Counted from the whole stretch's first letter, positions 33,901 to 45,919 are shown. The stretch is 63,928 nucleotides of DNA, filler included, from Licmophora abbreviata (GCA_900291995.1; 11 parts of 11 records of this genome joined end to end with filler, not necessarily neighbours in it), one strand, 5' to 3'. Notes: generated from the sequence alone by a model not told the origin. Numbers and translations are program-made.

Positions 33901-35578
33901 CTGCGATCCAGGCGAACGCACACGATTTCATTTCTTCTTTTGCCGAGGGATACGATACGGACGTCGGCGAACGTGGAACTCAGCTGTCAGGTGGCCAGAA
34001 ACAGAGATTGGCAATGTAAGTGATGCATCTGTAGTATATGCGACGGCGAACACGGCACTCACAGTTATTGTTTCGGATGTTTACCCTTATCGCAGTGCAC
34101 GAGCCCTGGTGAAGAAGCCGAAGGTGTTGTTGCTCGACGAGGCCACGTCTGCACTTGATAGTGAATCCGAGTCCATTGTGCAAGAAGCATTGGACGGAAT
34201 CATGCAGTCCACGGACCACACAACGATCGTCATTGCGCATCGGCTGTCCACCATTCGCAAAGCCGACAGGATCGCCTTCATCGCGCACGGGGCCGTCAAG
34301 GAGTTTGGCCCCCACGATGAGCTCATGGAGAAGCCTCATGGTCGCTACAAGCGTCTTGTGGAATCCCAGAAGCGTGGCTCTGTAATCGACGCCGCCTCTC
34401 TCAAGGCATCTACCCAGTCGTCTGCTAAGGATGAAGAAGAGGAGGAGGGAGAAGATGCTACTGCTGTCATTGAAGAAAAGGAGAAGGAGTCGTTTGATGC
34501 CGCACGCGCACGGCAGATGGCAAAACCTGATGCGTCCTACATGCTTCTCGGGTCTTTTGGAGCGGTTCTGGCTGGGGGGATATTCCCTTGTTGGGGTCTT
34601 CTTTTTGCCGAAACCATCGATCTTCTTTTCCGTCGAGTCGGCGCCTGCGACGAAGCTACAGTCCTCGAAGTGTACGGATTCGATACGTGCTCTGAGTACT
34701 TTTCTTTCGTTGCTGACGACATGCAAGAAACATCCTTCAAGCTCGGTGCGTACTGGCTTGCTTTAGCAGCGGTTTGCGTCATCGGAAACATTTTCACTTT
34801 CTATGGATTTGGCATGGCAAGTGAGCGCCTCAACAAGCGCGTACGCGACTCGGCTTTTACTGCACTTGTTCGTCAAGAGGTTGCGTTCTTCGACATGCGC
34901 AGTGTCGGCGGTATCACTTCGCAGCTCGAAAATGATGCCGCCCGAATTCACACGTTCTCGGGAGAGCCCGTTAGGTCCATGCTTGTAGCCTTGAGTTCCG
35001 TCGTCACTGGACTAGTCCTTTCGTTCATCTTCATGTGGCCGTTCGCGCTTCTTGCTCTGGCCTGCGTGCCGCTGTTGGGATATGCGACCTCCATCGAGAT
35101 GAAGCAGTTCCTTGGAGAAGACGAAAGTGCAGCCGACAGTCAGGATGAGCTCAATAGTCCTGGAGGAATTGCCATCGAGACCCTGTTGAACATCAGAACT
35201 GTGTCGGCTTTGAACTTGGAAGAAGAACGATTGAAAGACTACGAAGATGCGCTTCAAGTTGAACAACCTAACTACATGAAAGAGAGTTTTATTTCGGGCG
35301 CGGTCAGCGGCCTCTCCATGTTTATTCAGCAATGGATCAATGCACTTGAATTGTGGTGGGGTGGATGGCTACTCTTCAATTACAGCGACGTCTTCACCTT
35401 CAAGGACTTTGTCATCAGCATGTTTGCATTGCTGTTCTCCTTGTTTGGTCTGGGAGCGGCGTTCCAGGGAATCTCCGACAAGAAGGAAACTGAGAAGAGT
35501 GCAGGTAGGATCTTCTACTTACTCGACCGTAAGAGTGAGATTGACCCATTGAGCGATGAAGGCAAGAAGCTAGCTTAG
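30989..35578 (+). CDS. ABCB: ABCB (MDR/P-glycoprotein-like) full transporter with permuted TMD-NBD-NBD-TMD order, about 1356 aa
   Basis: Introns 32392-32489, 32830-32911, 32964-33045, 33511-33593, 33711-33804, 34016-34095; exons sum to 4071 nt. Two complete NBDs ([41 protein letters not shown]) lie between two TMDs ([20 protein letters not shown]). Confidence 0.93.
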
Positions 35579-35675
35579 AAGGTTCCCGTTAAATGGCATG
35601 TCTTCGCATGCGTTGGTTTAAAGTATATTGTTTGTCTACTGAGCATGTAGCTTACAGGTAGAGTGTCAGTCAAGA

Positions 35676-36743
35676 TCACGAGAGCGTAATGAAACCATCT
35701 TCCAGGCCATTGTCAGCCTGCTCACCATCCACAATTCCTCCTGGCGTCGCATCTGACTTTTCTACCGGTTTCATCTTCGCAATATCTGACGATGCGCCGC
35801 CTGTGTTTGCTTCTTCATCTCCCACGATCAATGTAACTTCATCACTCCCGCCAAGTCTATTCACCCTCCGCGTTTCCCCTCTCTTCAATATTCTCGCCGC
35901 CGATTCGTTGATCGAGTGCCTTGCCATACTGGGATCAAATCCTAAAACAGTCCCTAAAAAATTGATCAAATCGCCAGGCGTTCGAAGTGCCATAGCTCCG
36001 ACATCCTCTCCCACTGTGGATGCACGACGATCACCAGAGGTCACAATCACCAGTGGCTTCGGTCTTACACCGACGCTCGCCAATTGCAACGCACGGGCCG
36101 TCTGGACTAGAGCCTTGCGTTGAGAAACATTGAGAATGGCCGCAGCATAGGGAACCTCAAACGCGGCACCTCTTCGGACAAGAGCTTTCACATCCGCAAC
36201 GCGAATACGGTACGGTAGTTGCACCCCTCCTCGACCCGACGTGTAGTCAAGAGTCACGATATCGACCTCCGACGCGCCACACGCAGCCTGAAATGTTCCG
36301 TCATTTCGAGGTGAAATAGACACCAAATCATAATCGCGAAGTAGGCTGTGCAGGGGCGTCGTGTTGTTGGTGCTGGAAGCGCCTCCGGCCAAAGCCGCGT
36401 TGAAGGACCCCACGTCCACCAAGTTTTCGACCACCGCAAGCAGCCTGCGCACAATACGCACGGGTCTGGTAGCTTTCAGTCGTTTGTGAGGTCTTTGTAG
36501 CACGCTTTCTTGGTTCGTTTTGGGAATGAGATCGTCCGGAATAGCCTTCTCCGCGTCGTCGTTTCCAGCTTTCGGACAGCCAAACACAGTGTGCGTCAAT
36601 GCCATGGTGTCGTAGCCCGTTTGTCCTAGACGATTCGAGATTTGCTGAATGATCACTCTTGCACGTATTCTTTCCTCTGTAGAAGAGGGAGAGTAGTTCG
36701 GAATTGGAACGTTCAAGTCATAGTATGATTTGCTCGACGCCAT
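35676..36743 (-). CDS. RPP30: RNase P/MRP subunit p30
   Basis: YYDLNV, GYDTMALTHTV, YDLVSISP, VDIVTLD, AFEVPYAAAI, LRTPGDLINF. Likely start is MASSKS at 36743. Confidence 0.8.
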   Translation of the reverse strand: MASSKSYYDLNVPIPNYSPSSTEERIRARVIIQQISNRLGQTGYDTMALTHTVFGCPKAGNDDAEKAIPDDLIPKTNQESVLQRPHKRLKATRPVRIVRRLLAVVENLVDVGSFNAALAGGASSTNNTTPLHSLLRDYDLVSISPRNDGTFQAACGASEVDIVTLDYTSGRGGVQLPYRIRVADVKALVRRGAAFEVPYAAAILNVSQRKALVQTARALQLASVGVRPKPLVIVTSGDRRASTVGEDVGAMALRTPGDLINFLGTVLGFDPSMARHSINESAARILKRGETRRVNRLGGSDEVTLIVGDEEANTGGASSDIAKMKPVEKSDATPGGIVDGEQADNGLEDGFITLS

Positions 36744-37123
36744 GCCATGATGCGGATGGACGGTGTCCCGAAGGAATGGTACATGCGTCGCGCCTCCAGG
36801 GTGTCGGGATCGTTTCGCCTTTTGTCGTGCCATGTTCATGTCCAGATCAGAGTAGCGTTGACAGAGCAGGGCTTCGATGGAAGAGAGGCCCCCACCAGCA
36901 CAGCGCTCGTGGTGATTGCTATTGCGATAGTTTGATGAGGTCGGGCTGATACAGCAGTGTGTGTTGTGAAACGACCAGTAAGGTGTTCGGCAGATACGAA
37001 CTTCATGACGTTGACGCTTGCTTTCCTTCATCTTTTGTGTCATGGGATACTTCGTTGTTGAGACGCCAGTCCCAGCGTACTGTTTCGTACCCCTATTTTA
37101 GGTTTGAGATTACTACAGGCACC

Positions 37124-38074
37124 ATGGAGGACAATCCTGAGCTTGAAGAGGCGTTTGAGAAGATCAAGCAAGGAAATGAGTCGGAAGAGATGGGAAACGC
37201 ATGGGACGCAGCCCATTGCTTTCGAGAAGCGACCGCCCTCTTGGCCGACTTGCGTCAATCAGGGTCGGACGCAGACGACGATGAACAACGCAAGATTGTA
37301 GAGTTGTACGAAGCTCAACGAGCCCTCTATTTTGGACGTGCACAGAACAATTTTGTGGAGGCAGTGAAGGAAGACCATTCGCACTGTGTGGACAGAAACC
37401 CTCCAATTGTGTCAGACGACGAAGCCGAGGCTAGAGTTCTGACATTCTCCAGTCTCTTCTCGAAACCCATCAAGAAGGAACAAAATTCCGAAGAGAAGCC
37501 TATTCTGGAACAGCAGTCATCTTTGGAAGAGCGCCTCGCTTCGCTGAACTCGTCGCTGCCTCAAGGGTTCAAGACGTCTAAACAACGAATGGCCGATATC
37601 AATATGGGACTCAGTCGGCTGGGGCTCACTTTGTACTCCAACAGTAATGCATCAAGTGCAGAAATGGAGGACAAGTCGGAAGATGAGCAAGTTGCTGATA
37701 TTATCGCTCAAGCAAAGGACGAAGTCGCTTTTGATGTCCAAAAAAGAACGAATGCGTCAAGCTCTATTTCTATTAGTGACGAGGACAGCGGAAGCTCTGA
37801 CTCGGAATCGTCCCTAGACATAGAAGACCTTGGTATTGACACGCCGTTTCCTCGACGAAAAATACTGAAACGAAAAGTTGTAAAGGTGCAAGCCCGCTTG
37901 GCAGAGTTGATCGCCTGGTTGGACTCTGTTGGAGACCGAGAGGTTGACTTGGAAACAAAAGATGCCCTCGAGGAATCTGTGGACGAGGAAATAGATTTTG
38001 ACCTTGCCGAGGGGAAAGCTTTACTCCGAAAGGCGCGGAATGGTCTCCGGAAAGCCTCGGAGGACTGGCCATAA
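37124..38074 (+). CDS. Acidic helical protein with N-terminal MIT-like three-helix domain
   Basis: LEEAFEKIKQGNESEEMGNAWDAAHCFREA..YFGRAQ fits the MIT pattern; SLEERLASL; EDEQVADIIAQAKDEV. Confidence 0.55.
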   Translation: MEDNPELEEAFEKIKQGNESEEMGNAWDAAHCFREATALLADLRQSGSDADDDEQRKIVELYEAQRALYFGRAQNNFVEAVKEDHSHCVDRNPPIVSDDEAEARVLTFSSLFSKPIKKEQNSEEKPILEQQSSLEERLASLNSSLPQGFKTSKQRMADINMGLSRLGLTLYSNSNASSAEMEDKSEDEQVADIIAQAKDEVAFDVQKRTNASSSISISDEDSGSSDSESSLDIEDLGIDTPFPRRKILKRKVVKVQARLAELIAWLDSVGDREVDLETKDALEESVDEEIDFDLAEGKALLRKARNGLRKASEDWP

Positions 38075-38517
38075 CCCCGTCCTCTTGGTTAGACAAGCGG
38101 ATCTGTTGCTATCATGATCGCATCACATGGCAGCAGTATCAAGTAAAGGACGTGACAAACAGCATGGATCACGCCTAAAACCCATACTACGGATAGAATA
38201 TAAACGCACAAGACCATATTGCAATTTTATAGATACTTGTGCTGCAACAACCATAATACAGAATGTAGTTTGAGATGTGGAGATGGGCCTCTTCGGAGAT
38301 GATACCTGGTACGTCCGTCACCTCTGCGACACCGAGCATCATCGCGCGCATGGCCATTCATTTCCATCTCTGACGAGAACTGCGACACTGAGACTTTCGT
38401 CTCGACTCACTCACGCTGCGACGATGAAGGATGTACATTGTTGCCGATACGCAACATACCGATAGACATTGCCGAAGCTAGTTCCTCATATTCGCACGGA
38501 CCACAAGCGCTCCGAAA

Positions 38518-39624
38518 ATGGTCGCCGGGCTCAAATTTCTTTCCAAAAAGGCATTCAATCCTCAGAACTTGTCGAACCAGAAGGTGGTGTGGGAGAGACG
38601 ACAGGAAAAGGAGAAAGAAGCCAAGCAAGCAACTGATCGCGAAGCACAGCTAAAGCGTGAGCGAGACGACGAAGAATTAGCCCGTGCGCGTGGAGGGGAC
38701 AGAGGTGGAAACCAAGCAGCCTTACGTTTCATGTACGCTCCTCCTCCAGGACTTGCCGGGCCTGCGAGTGACAATAATATCAGTGAACAAGCCACCCCAT
38801 CCGGCGAATCGGGAATGCCAGAAGTCGCTTCTGTCGACCTCAAACAGCGACAGCCCGGAGACGACGAAGCTGCGGCTGAGTTTCGTCGTATGCTCGCGGC
38901 TGCGACGTCTGCAGGTGGCCCCACGAAGGAAGCTATTGGTGACTCAACTTCCGGCGCGTCGATATCGCTGAGTGGTGCTGCGTTGTCTGGGACGAATGTG
39001 GAGGCGGTCGTGAGTGGCAAGGGGAACAAGAATACCCTGACGGCACTCGAAAAGGCGGTGGGGCGAAAAGATGCGAACGCGAGTTTGTCGTTGGAAGAAC
39101 AGATCGCTCGCTTCCCGCAGCTCAGGAATGCGCCAATGGCGAAAGGGATGAATTCCACCAACGTCGGAGTAACATTCAAGCCCCTTGGCACACAGCTTCG
39201 TAACGTTCGTTGCTTGGCATGTGGGGTCTGGGGTCATAGTCGCGGTGATCGAGAGTGTGCAAAGAGTGGATGGAATCCGTTTGCGTCCGCAGCAGCGGGG
39301 ACAGGGTCTGTGGCGGCTTCAACGTCTTCAATCCGGCCTACTGCATCTGAGAAATCGGAGACATCAACTCAGAAGGAATTATCAGTAATAGAAAAGAGGC
39401 AGAAGAGAGAGCGTTATTCCAGGGACAGCAGCAGTAGCAGCAGTGACAGCGAAGATTCGCACCGAAAGCGAAAGCGAAGTCGCAAACACAAGCGGAGTCG
39501 CCGCGATTCGTCGCGGAGACGAAGAAGAACTAGATCTCGCTCGCCAGAGGATAGATATCGACATCGGCGGTCGTCGCAAAAGGGCTCGCGCAAAAGCAGA
39601 CAACAGTCGAGCAGAGACGAGTAG
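38518..39624 (+). CDS. CIR1: CIR1 (CBF1-interacting corepressor / Cwc25-like N-terminus) with zinc knuckle and RS tail
   Basis: FLSKKAFNPQNLSNQKVVW, FMYAPPPG, RNVRCLACGVWGHSRGDREC, Arg/Ser-rich C-terminus. Confidence 0.85.
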   Translation: MVAGLKFLSKKAFNPQNLSNQKVVWERRQEKEKEAKQATDREAQLKRERDDEELARARGGDRGGNQAALRFMYAPPPGLAGPASDNNISEQATPSGESGMPEVASVDLKQRQPGDDEAAAEFRRMLAAATSAGGPTKEAIGDSTSGASISLSGAALSGTNVEAVVSGKGNKNTLTALEKAVGRKDANASLSLEEQIARFPQLRNAPMAKGMNSTNVGVTFKPLGTQLRNVRCLACGVWGHSRGDRECAKSGWNPFASAAAGTGSVAASTSSIRPTASEKSETSTQKELSVIEKRQKRERYSRDSSSSSSDSEDSHRKRKRSRKHKRSRRDSSRRRRRTRSRSPEDRYRHRRSSQKGSRKSRQQSSRDE

Positions 39625-39991
39625 TTGTCGCTCTGTCGCTGCGTACTGGTGTCGCTTGCTAAACTTTCGGGACCATTTATACATACCGTGGTATTATAAT
39701 ATTAACGTCTCTGTTCGTCTCAATTGTTCATGAAATTGTTTCCGACATATGACAACAGGAACTATGAAGAACGACACCAGTGTCGATATCACCCGACTAT
39801 ACTTCGATACGATACAATGCACTGATGCAGACCCTGCCAAAAAGTCAACTAGCCGTCTTTACTCGTGCAACCAACGCACCGCATAAGTGCACCACCGCCG
39901 CTTCGACCTTATGTCACGATCATCCACCAAAGATGATGAACCAAGCTACCTCGCCTAAAAGTAATGAAGACGAAAAAGACTAAAAAGGACA

Positions 39992-40065
39992 TACCCTCGG
40001 TGAGGATCGAACTCACGACCTTGGGTTTATTAGACCCACGCTCTAACCAGCTGAGCTACGAAGGC
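39992..40065 (-). tRNA. trnI-AAT: tRNA-Ile(AAT)
   Basis: GCCTTCG/CGAGGGT acceptor stem, D-arm TAGCTCAGCTGGTTAGAGC, anticodon arm TGGGT-CTAATAA-ACCCA, T-loop GTTCGATCC, T5 Pol III terminator at 39982-39986. Confidence 0.96.
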
Positions 40066-40265
40066 GACACTACCTGAGAACGACAGATCACACATCAAAT
40101 CCTCTACAGTCAGCCCATCACAACAACGCTCAACTCGTCGCGTCACCGCTCAATGTCTGCGATGAGCAAGCACACAATCAACAAAGCGGACGCTGATGGA
40201 TCATGCTATAGACCCCGAGAAAACGTATCGCGTGTTGCACAACACACGTGGCTGACCCATCGGTC

Positions 40266-41385
40266 ATGACGAAACAGTTAATGCCCCCAGAAGTGGGATC
40301 ATTTCTGCGTTCCACGAATAGGGGACGCAATTCCCCGTTGTTGTGTGTTCTTTTTGCTGTGTTAATATTAGCCAGCACCTCCAGCGCGTTCCGATCGACA
40401 GCAGCCTTTATCGAGCCCTCACGTCGCTTTCTTGGCAACAAAACAGTCCTGCGATGCCGTGAGGAGCATATCGATAATACGACCGCGTCATACGCGGCGG
40501 CGTATTGGCTTGAACTTGTTCTTTGGAAAAGCTGATGACTCATTGATGTTGCGCAAGAGAAACTTGTGGGTCGCTTCGGAAGCCACAGTGAACGAGCTCC
40601 AGCAAGGCTCCCTTTCATTCCCGTACTCGATAACACTCCAGAGTGCCAATGATGCAAACAATGCTACGTCAACGCAGCGAAAAGTCAAGAGACTTACTCT
40701 TCGACCACTTGAGTCGCGAGACGTGCCATCGGTAGTTCCCATGTGCGTCGAAGAGTTTGGCAGTGGGCCGCCATTGTCGCTTGATGACGTGCCATGGGAG
40801 GAAGTGACTTCTGCGAATGTTCAGCAATACACGGACCGCGTGCTGTTTGGACCGATCGTCGAGCTAGCGCTCGAAATGAAAATTCAGAGACGGCAGAAGA
40901 AGGAAGCGAAACCTGATTACACAATACTCTGCTTGGAGGATGAAACCGATGTTGTTGGCATGGTCGAATTGAGTTGGCAGCCACCCGACGCCGAACGCAA
41001 CCCACCGCCGGTACCACTCCCCTATTGGAGCAAGGAGCTATGGTCTCGTGTGCGGGGGCTGCCTCCCGTCAATGGTTGGGTGACCAATTTGCTAGTGCGT
41101 GACATCCATCGCGGAACGGGCTACTCGAAGCTACTCATGTCGGCAGCCGAGGGACTGGCTCGGTCGTGGGGGTGCAGCGCTATTTATTTGCATGTGGATG
41201 CGGACACTGTGAGCGGCCGTGTCCCACAGGGCCTGTACCGTAGCCTTGGGTATGAGCCTGTCATGGACCAACGGTCAAAACAAAAGTACGACTGGATGGG
41301 CCCGGAACTGGCAAACTTGGGACTCTATGTCGTGGACGGTGCGCCGCTGCTCTTTCTCAAGAAGAGTCTGAATGAAGTATTTTAA
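40266..41385 (+). CDS. GNAT-family N-acetyltransferase, probably plastid-targeted
   Basis: Signal peptide ends SSA-F. A putative 73-nt intron 40459-40531 (GTGAGG..AAG) joins it to the GNAT ORF (VTNLLVRDIHRGTGYSKLLM, IYLHVD, GLYRSLGY). Confidence 0.75.
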
Positions 41386-41404
41386 AAATAGCACAGTGAG
41401 AGTC

Positions 41405-42338
41405 TTAATGATATTCCCTACTAGCTGATGCGAACCCTGGCAAATCATTTCCGGTGTTGTCTGTAGTCGATGGTTGCCTCGAGTTGTTCAATCCATTGTT
41501 GCTGCCGGTAGGATATATATTCACGGATCGTCTACCATCTCGATTCAATACATGAATGCGAGCCATGCCTCCAGAGCTTCCATCTCGATCCATAGCAAGC
41601 TGAATTGCAGTTTCAACACACCGAATGGCTTCATCTTCCTCCATCTCCCCAGGCGACTTGGTTGCCAAGAGCGAGTCCATGTGACCGAGAATGTATGTCG
41701 ATCCCGATCCGCTGACGGCGAATCCATCTTCCTTGAGCAACGCCCCAGTGGCTGATAATGAATAAATCTCCCCAGGATGTTCCGTTTCACCGTTTTCTGT
41801 ATCACATCCATCCACTCCGACACACAATAGGCTTGCCGACAAGTCCTCCTTTCGAAGCCGCGATCGCAGTAGATTGGCCACCTGGGAGGTACTAAAGAGT
41901 CTTCGCCCATGCTGATAACGAAGAGATTCCAGCTCCCATTTTGTCTCCTCGCAGAGTCGTTGCGTATCTGCAGCACTGCCCGATCGTCCCACGAGAACGT
42001 GCGACGTAATGGGAGTCCACTTGTGGGCGTAGCGATTGGACACGTATCCAGAGACGGACGTGCGCGTGTCAGCACCGACGACAATACCATGCTTGTACAC
42101 CAAGGCTACCAGCGTCGTCCCCATGGACACTTCCGCTGAGGAGGGCGCGATGGATGCTGCNNNNNNNNNNNNNNNNNNNNNNNNNNNNNNNNNNNNNNNN
42201 NNNNTTAATTAATTAANNNNNNNNNNNNNNNNNNNNNNNNNNNNNNNNNNNNNNNNNNNNAGAGCAGTGACGAATTTCAGACGATTCGACGACATGCACC
42301 ACGACGAGTAATGGCAGCAACACCAACAACAGCCTCAT
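41405..42338 (-). CDS. PSMB6: 20S proteasome beta1-type subunit with apparent N-terminal signal peptide (spans gap 42161-42260)
   Basis: EVSMG/TTLVALVYKHGIVVGADTRTS with Thr1, Asp17, Lys33 and Arg45; SGSGSTYI; RDGSSGG. Across the gap, ATG 42338 gives MRLLLVLLPLLVVVHVVESSEIRHCS. Confidence 0.85.
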
Positions 42339-43057
42339 TTAATGTTCGTTTTGCAGTACGAGATCTTCTCTCCAGCGTCGTTTACAGATGCTAGTCGTCA
42401 AGAAGGTTCAGGAGGGCACAGAAAGTACAGCGTCGATGTTCTTCCAACATGATCACTGTACATTGAACATGTGGCGCATCGTTGATGTCGAAGTCGCAGC
42501 GGCCATCGTCGATCGTCGCGGTCGTCGTAGTTAGCGCGAGCTCGAACAGAGACCGACTCCTTCGACCCAACGGATGGGTCTACGCAGACTTCAGTAAGTA
42601 AAGCAACGAGAGCCAATGCCCACTTTATGTCGCGTCTCTCACACAGTCACATCTCTCATCGCCGTCACGACCGTCATCTTGACCTTTCGGTCCTGTTCGC
42701 TGCAAGTCGTAGGTGGCAGTCGCATTGCTCCAGTTGGCGGTGCATTGTATGGAAATAAGAAGGAGAGGCAGGCTACTATCGCAATATCTCCGACGGGCTT
42801 CGAAAAGAACAACGACCGATCGAGCCAACTACAATTGTCATAGTACAAATTCAAGCGAACTTGACCTTTCCAACCACCACCGACGCGAGCCTCTTCTTGA
42901 CCCAGTCGAACAGACCCAGACCAACGCTGCTGCTGCTTCTCCCTCTGTCTGTCGAAACGAAACGGCTCCTAGCGACGAATACCAGAAATTTCCGGAAAGT
43001 CCAACCAAAACTAGGTCTCCTTCGACGACTTCTAGCTTACATACTGACTACACTACG

Positions 43058-45588
43058 ATGGCGACTCACTATCCCGGCAGCAACGGAGGGCCTCCTCCTC
43101 CTGGAGCGATCCCACCGCCAGGGCATCAGCAGCCTCCAGGCGCCGCCGCTCTGCCTGACTCGTACTTCACCGAGTCTCGCAAGGGCGAAGTCAACGAGCT
43201 GCGCAATCTCCTTCGCAATTTCGCCACGGAACGAGATCCGCAGCGCAAGCGCGACATTATCAAGAAAGTCATCGCCTACATGACTCTTGGTATTGACGTG
43301 TCGCGCCTCTTTACCGAAATGATGTTGGCCATTGAGACAAGGGACCTGGTCATCAAGAAGATGGTCTACCTCTACTTGTGCAACTACGCTGCCACACACC
43401 CTGAACTGGCGCAGATGTGTACCAATACCTTGCAGAAGGATTGTGGCAATGACGACCCCATGGTCCGTGGACTGGCGCTGCGAGCCTTGTGTGGACTGCG
43501 ACTCCCGCAAATGGTCGAGTACATTTCAGAACCCCTCCGTCGCTCATTGACGGACGGTCATGCCTATGTACGCAAGACGGGAGTCATGGGAATTCTCAAA
43601 ATGTACCATCTGGATAAGGAGGCCTTTGAGCGGTACAACTTTGTCGATACGCTCTATGACATGCTGCGCGATCCGGATGCATCTGTCGTCAGCAACTGCA
43701 TTCTCGTCCTCAACGAAGTTATGGACGGCGGTATGGCGTTGAATCGGGCAATCATGCTTCATCTGTTGAATCGAATCCACGAATTTTCTGAGTTTGGCGT
43801 TGTGGAAGTCCTCGAGCTAGTCCCGCGGTACATTCCGGCGAACGAAGACGAAGGCTTTCAGATCATGAACCTGTTGGATCCTGTCTTGCGCACGTCCAAT
43901 AGCTCTGCTCTTTTGGCGACAATTCGAGCCTTGCTGAGTATCGTCAATGAGATTGGGGATGAAAGTATGACGAAGCAGGTGGTCACTCGAATCAAGGCGC
44001 CCATCATTACTCACATTACGTCTGGGTCGTCGGAACTGGTGTATTGCATCCTGCAGAATGTGGAAGCTTTGATGAATTTGTGCCCTGGGGCGTTCGACGA
44101 CGAGTATCGTCAGTTCTATGTCAAATACCATGAACCCACTCACATTAAGTATCTCAAGATGGATCTCTTGTCCAAGGTGGCAAATCCGGACAATGCTCCA
44201 GACATTGTCGCTGAGTTAGCCGAGTGCGTCGGTGACTCAAATATCCAGATGAGTCGCCTTGCCGTTCGGAGCATGTCGCTCATTGCCTGTCGCGACGTTG
44301 GAGGACCTGGCTGTGCGGAGAGCATTTGCCAGCGCCTGGTCGAAATGCTGGACCTCAATGTTCCTCACATTTCGAGCGAGGCAGCGACGGCGCTGGTGAA
44401 CATTGTGCGAAAGCACAAGTCGCTTCGTACCGTCGTGGCACCACCGCTTCCCCGTACTCTCAAGTACATGACAGAGACCTCTGGTAGAACAAGTATCATC
44501 TACCTGCTGGGCGAATGTGGCGACATTGTCAAGGAAGCGCCATACTCGCTGGAGAAGCTCATTGATTCGTACGACGATATTGCCGATTCGACCGTCAAGA
44601 TTGCTCTTTTGACTAGCACCATGAAACTCTTCCTACTTCGACCTCCTGAAACTCAAAGAATGCTTGGACGCTTGCTGGCCAAAGCGACGGAAGATGTCTC
44701 GTCACAGGATTTGCACGATCGAGCGCTCATGTACTATCGTCTCTTGAGGACGGACCCCAAGACTGTCGAAAACGTAGTCAGGACCGATTTGTCCATCTCG
44801 GGGCTTTTTGCTGAAGATATCGATACCGAGCTTCGGGCGGCGCTAATGGAAGAGTTCAACACGCTGAGCATTCTGTATGGCAAGGCATCGGAGAACTTCA
44901 TCGCGAAGGAGAATCAGGTCAAGTTCNNNNNNNNNNNNNNNNNNNNNNNNNNNNNNNNNNNNNNNNNNNNTTAATTAATTAANNNNNNNNNNNNNNNNNN
45001 NNNNNNNNNNNNNNNNNNNNNNNNNNGGTCGAACACCCTCTTGCACCGGGCGACTCGAGCACGCCGATTCCCGTTCCACCACCGGCGTCTGCGGCTGCTA
45101 CCGCCCCGCCCCCAGCCGCGCCGACGGATTCCTCCGACGTCATGGACTTGTTGGGATTTGGGGACTCCACTGCGCCGCCACCACCAACAACAGCCTCAGT
45201 TGCATCGCCCACACTCTCTCTTGCCCCTGGTGCATCCATGTCTGGTGACGAGTACCAATCGAAATGGGGAGCTATTCCTGACAAGGATGCGACCGTTACT
45301 ACTGTACCTCTCAAGTCCCTGCCTGCGTCGACGGACGAAGTAGAAGTCAAGCTTGCCGAACAAAACGTCAAAACGATGGCGAGCGGAGAGTTGCCCACCG
45401 AGTTCAAGTTCTTCTTGTACGCAAAGGAGACCAGCGGCGTTATCTTCCTGTTGCAAGGGAACGTCAGCAAAGCGCCAGGCGAGGCTCTGCTCATTCTGAC
45501 TCTCAAGGCGAGCGATGGCGATGGAGGTGCGTCGGACACTGTCAAAATTGAGCAGCTCGCGGAAATGATTCGTGCCACTTTAGGATGA
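43058..45588 (+). CDS. AP4B1: Beta-adaptin, AP-4 complex beta subunit type (spans gap 44927-45026)
   Basis: KKVIAYMTLGIDVSRLF, DPMVRGLALR, YVRKTGVMG, DLHDRALMYYRLL, EEFNTLSILY; hinge DLLGF and a short single appendage domain. Confidence 0.88.
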
Positions 45589-45919
45589 GCAGAAGGAACT
45601 GGATCATGTCAAATCTAGCAAACAGTCGGTCGTATTACTATGGTTTACTTTGACGAATAGCGCGTTTGGCATGTTTGCGCAGGGGTAGATACGTGAGACA
45701 CAGGGGTATAGTCTGTGTAGATCTCCTAAGTTATAGTAGCGCCCCGCAGCGTCTGCGCCAGAATAGAGCTCGCGCCACACAAAACATTGCGTTCCAAATC
45801 GAGTGGGAATGTGTATCGTACTGGGGAGACAGGAAACACATTCAACATTGTCTGGCATCTCCTTCCAACGCGTTTCTCTGAAAATCGCATGTTAGAAGAA
45901 ACAGCTTGCTAAGGAGAGC

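Noticed and set aside
40392..40535. Apparent frameshift between the GNAT signal peptide and catalytic ORF
   Set aside because: A 73-nt GT-AG intron (40459-40531) joins the frames, so no frameshift is needed; RNA-seq would settle it.
42594..43057. 115-aa upstream extension of beta-adaptin and a GTAAGT..TAG intron-like segment
   Set aside because: The putative upstream exon has no in-frame ATG, and adaptin-like sequence begins after 43058; at most a 5' UTR intron.
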